Shown one piece after another: positions 63,821-64,000 of a stretch of DNA of 64,000 nt (positions within the stretch are counted from its first letter, which is position 1; each line of letters begins with the position of its first letter). Made by a program: the position numbers and the translations under genes. The stretch lies in IMG/VR virus record IMGVR_UViG_3300015245_000002, positions 19,745 through 83,744 of that record; one strand, given 5' to 3'. The stretch is from a virus. The notes under the pieces are model-generated. The model did not search any database, was not told the origin of the DNA, and saw nothing but the letters and a program-made list of their open reading frames with translations.

Positions 63821-64000
63821 ACGACGACGAGGACACGCCGCGCAGTTGGGTTCGCCCCAGGGTGCGCACTTCAGGCCATGGAGTGCCGACGGATTATGAA
63901 GATCCGATCGACACCGGGGTGTTCGATCTGCTCGATCGGGAAGTATCCGATGAGGAGCACGAGATCGTGCGTCGCAGCAGACGCCCGAGCGATGCGCCGC
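63817..64000 (+). CDS. Hypothetical protein (truncated by window end)
   Basis: GTGA overlap; MNDDEDTPRSW... open to the end. Confidence 0.45.
   Translation, partial: MNDDEDTPRSWVRPRVRTSGHGVPTDYEDPIDTGVFDLLDREVSDEEHEIVRRSRRPSDAP

Larger units (their letters stand above)
1..64000. mobile_element. Temperate tailed bacteriophage / prophage (siphovirus-type), partial
   Basis: Complete lambdoid-style module order: recombination, cI/cro switch, replication, terminase, portal, capsid, tail tube, frameshifted chaperone, tape measure, tail tip; no sheath gene; no bacterial housekeeping genes; genes run off both ends. Confidence 0.96.

Noticed and set aside
24292-63858. Other TCGCCCC copies (24292, 33478, 63852) as late promoters
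   Set aside because: No GAnnnT at 16-17 nt and no start codon at +36.
1-64000. tRNA genes, integrase/att sites, lysis cassette
   Set aside because: No cloverleaf with T-loop, no recombinase motifs and no endolysin recognised; probably outside the window.

Overview
The whole window is one continuous, high-GC, long-tailed (siphovirus-type) temperate bacteriophage or prophage segment; both ends are cut inside phage genes, and no integrase, att site or lysis cassette is visible. Layout: a leftward early operon (SSB-like, RecT-like and PD-(D/E)XK nuclease genes plus many small ORFs, 1-7762); a cI/cro-like switch with 13-bp operators (7764-8814); a rightward early/middle operon with nucleotidase, three DNA-modification genes, SF2 helicase, VRR-NUC and primase-VapE, followed by an AT-rich origin (8545-20330); an accessory region of small genes with strong leaderless promoters (20.4-35.3 kb); then packaging, head and tail genes (35.4-64 kb). 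The host is inferred to be a myxobacterium (Myxococcota) from lipoprotein and leader-peptide style; this is unverified. The most striking observation is a pair of orphan RiPP (lanthipeptide-like) precursor peptides with gaplessly aligned 29-aa double-glycine leaders in the early operon, with no modifying enzyme in the window. Also notable: a precisely spaced leaderless late-promoter motif (TCGCCCC-N17-GAnnnT-N6-start) in front of many virion genes, a beta-helix depolymerase-like protein with a lipoprotein signal, a multi-hairpin ncRNA candidate, and a portal protein with a long C-terminal extension. All product calls come from motif recognition by eye; no database searches were run.
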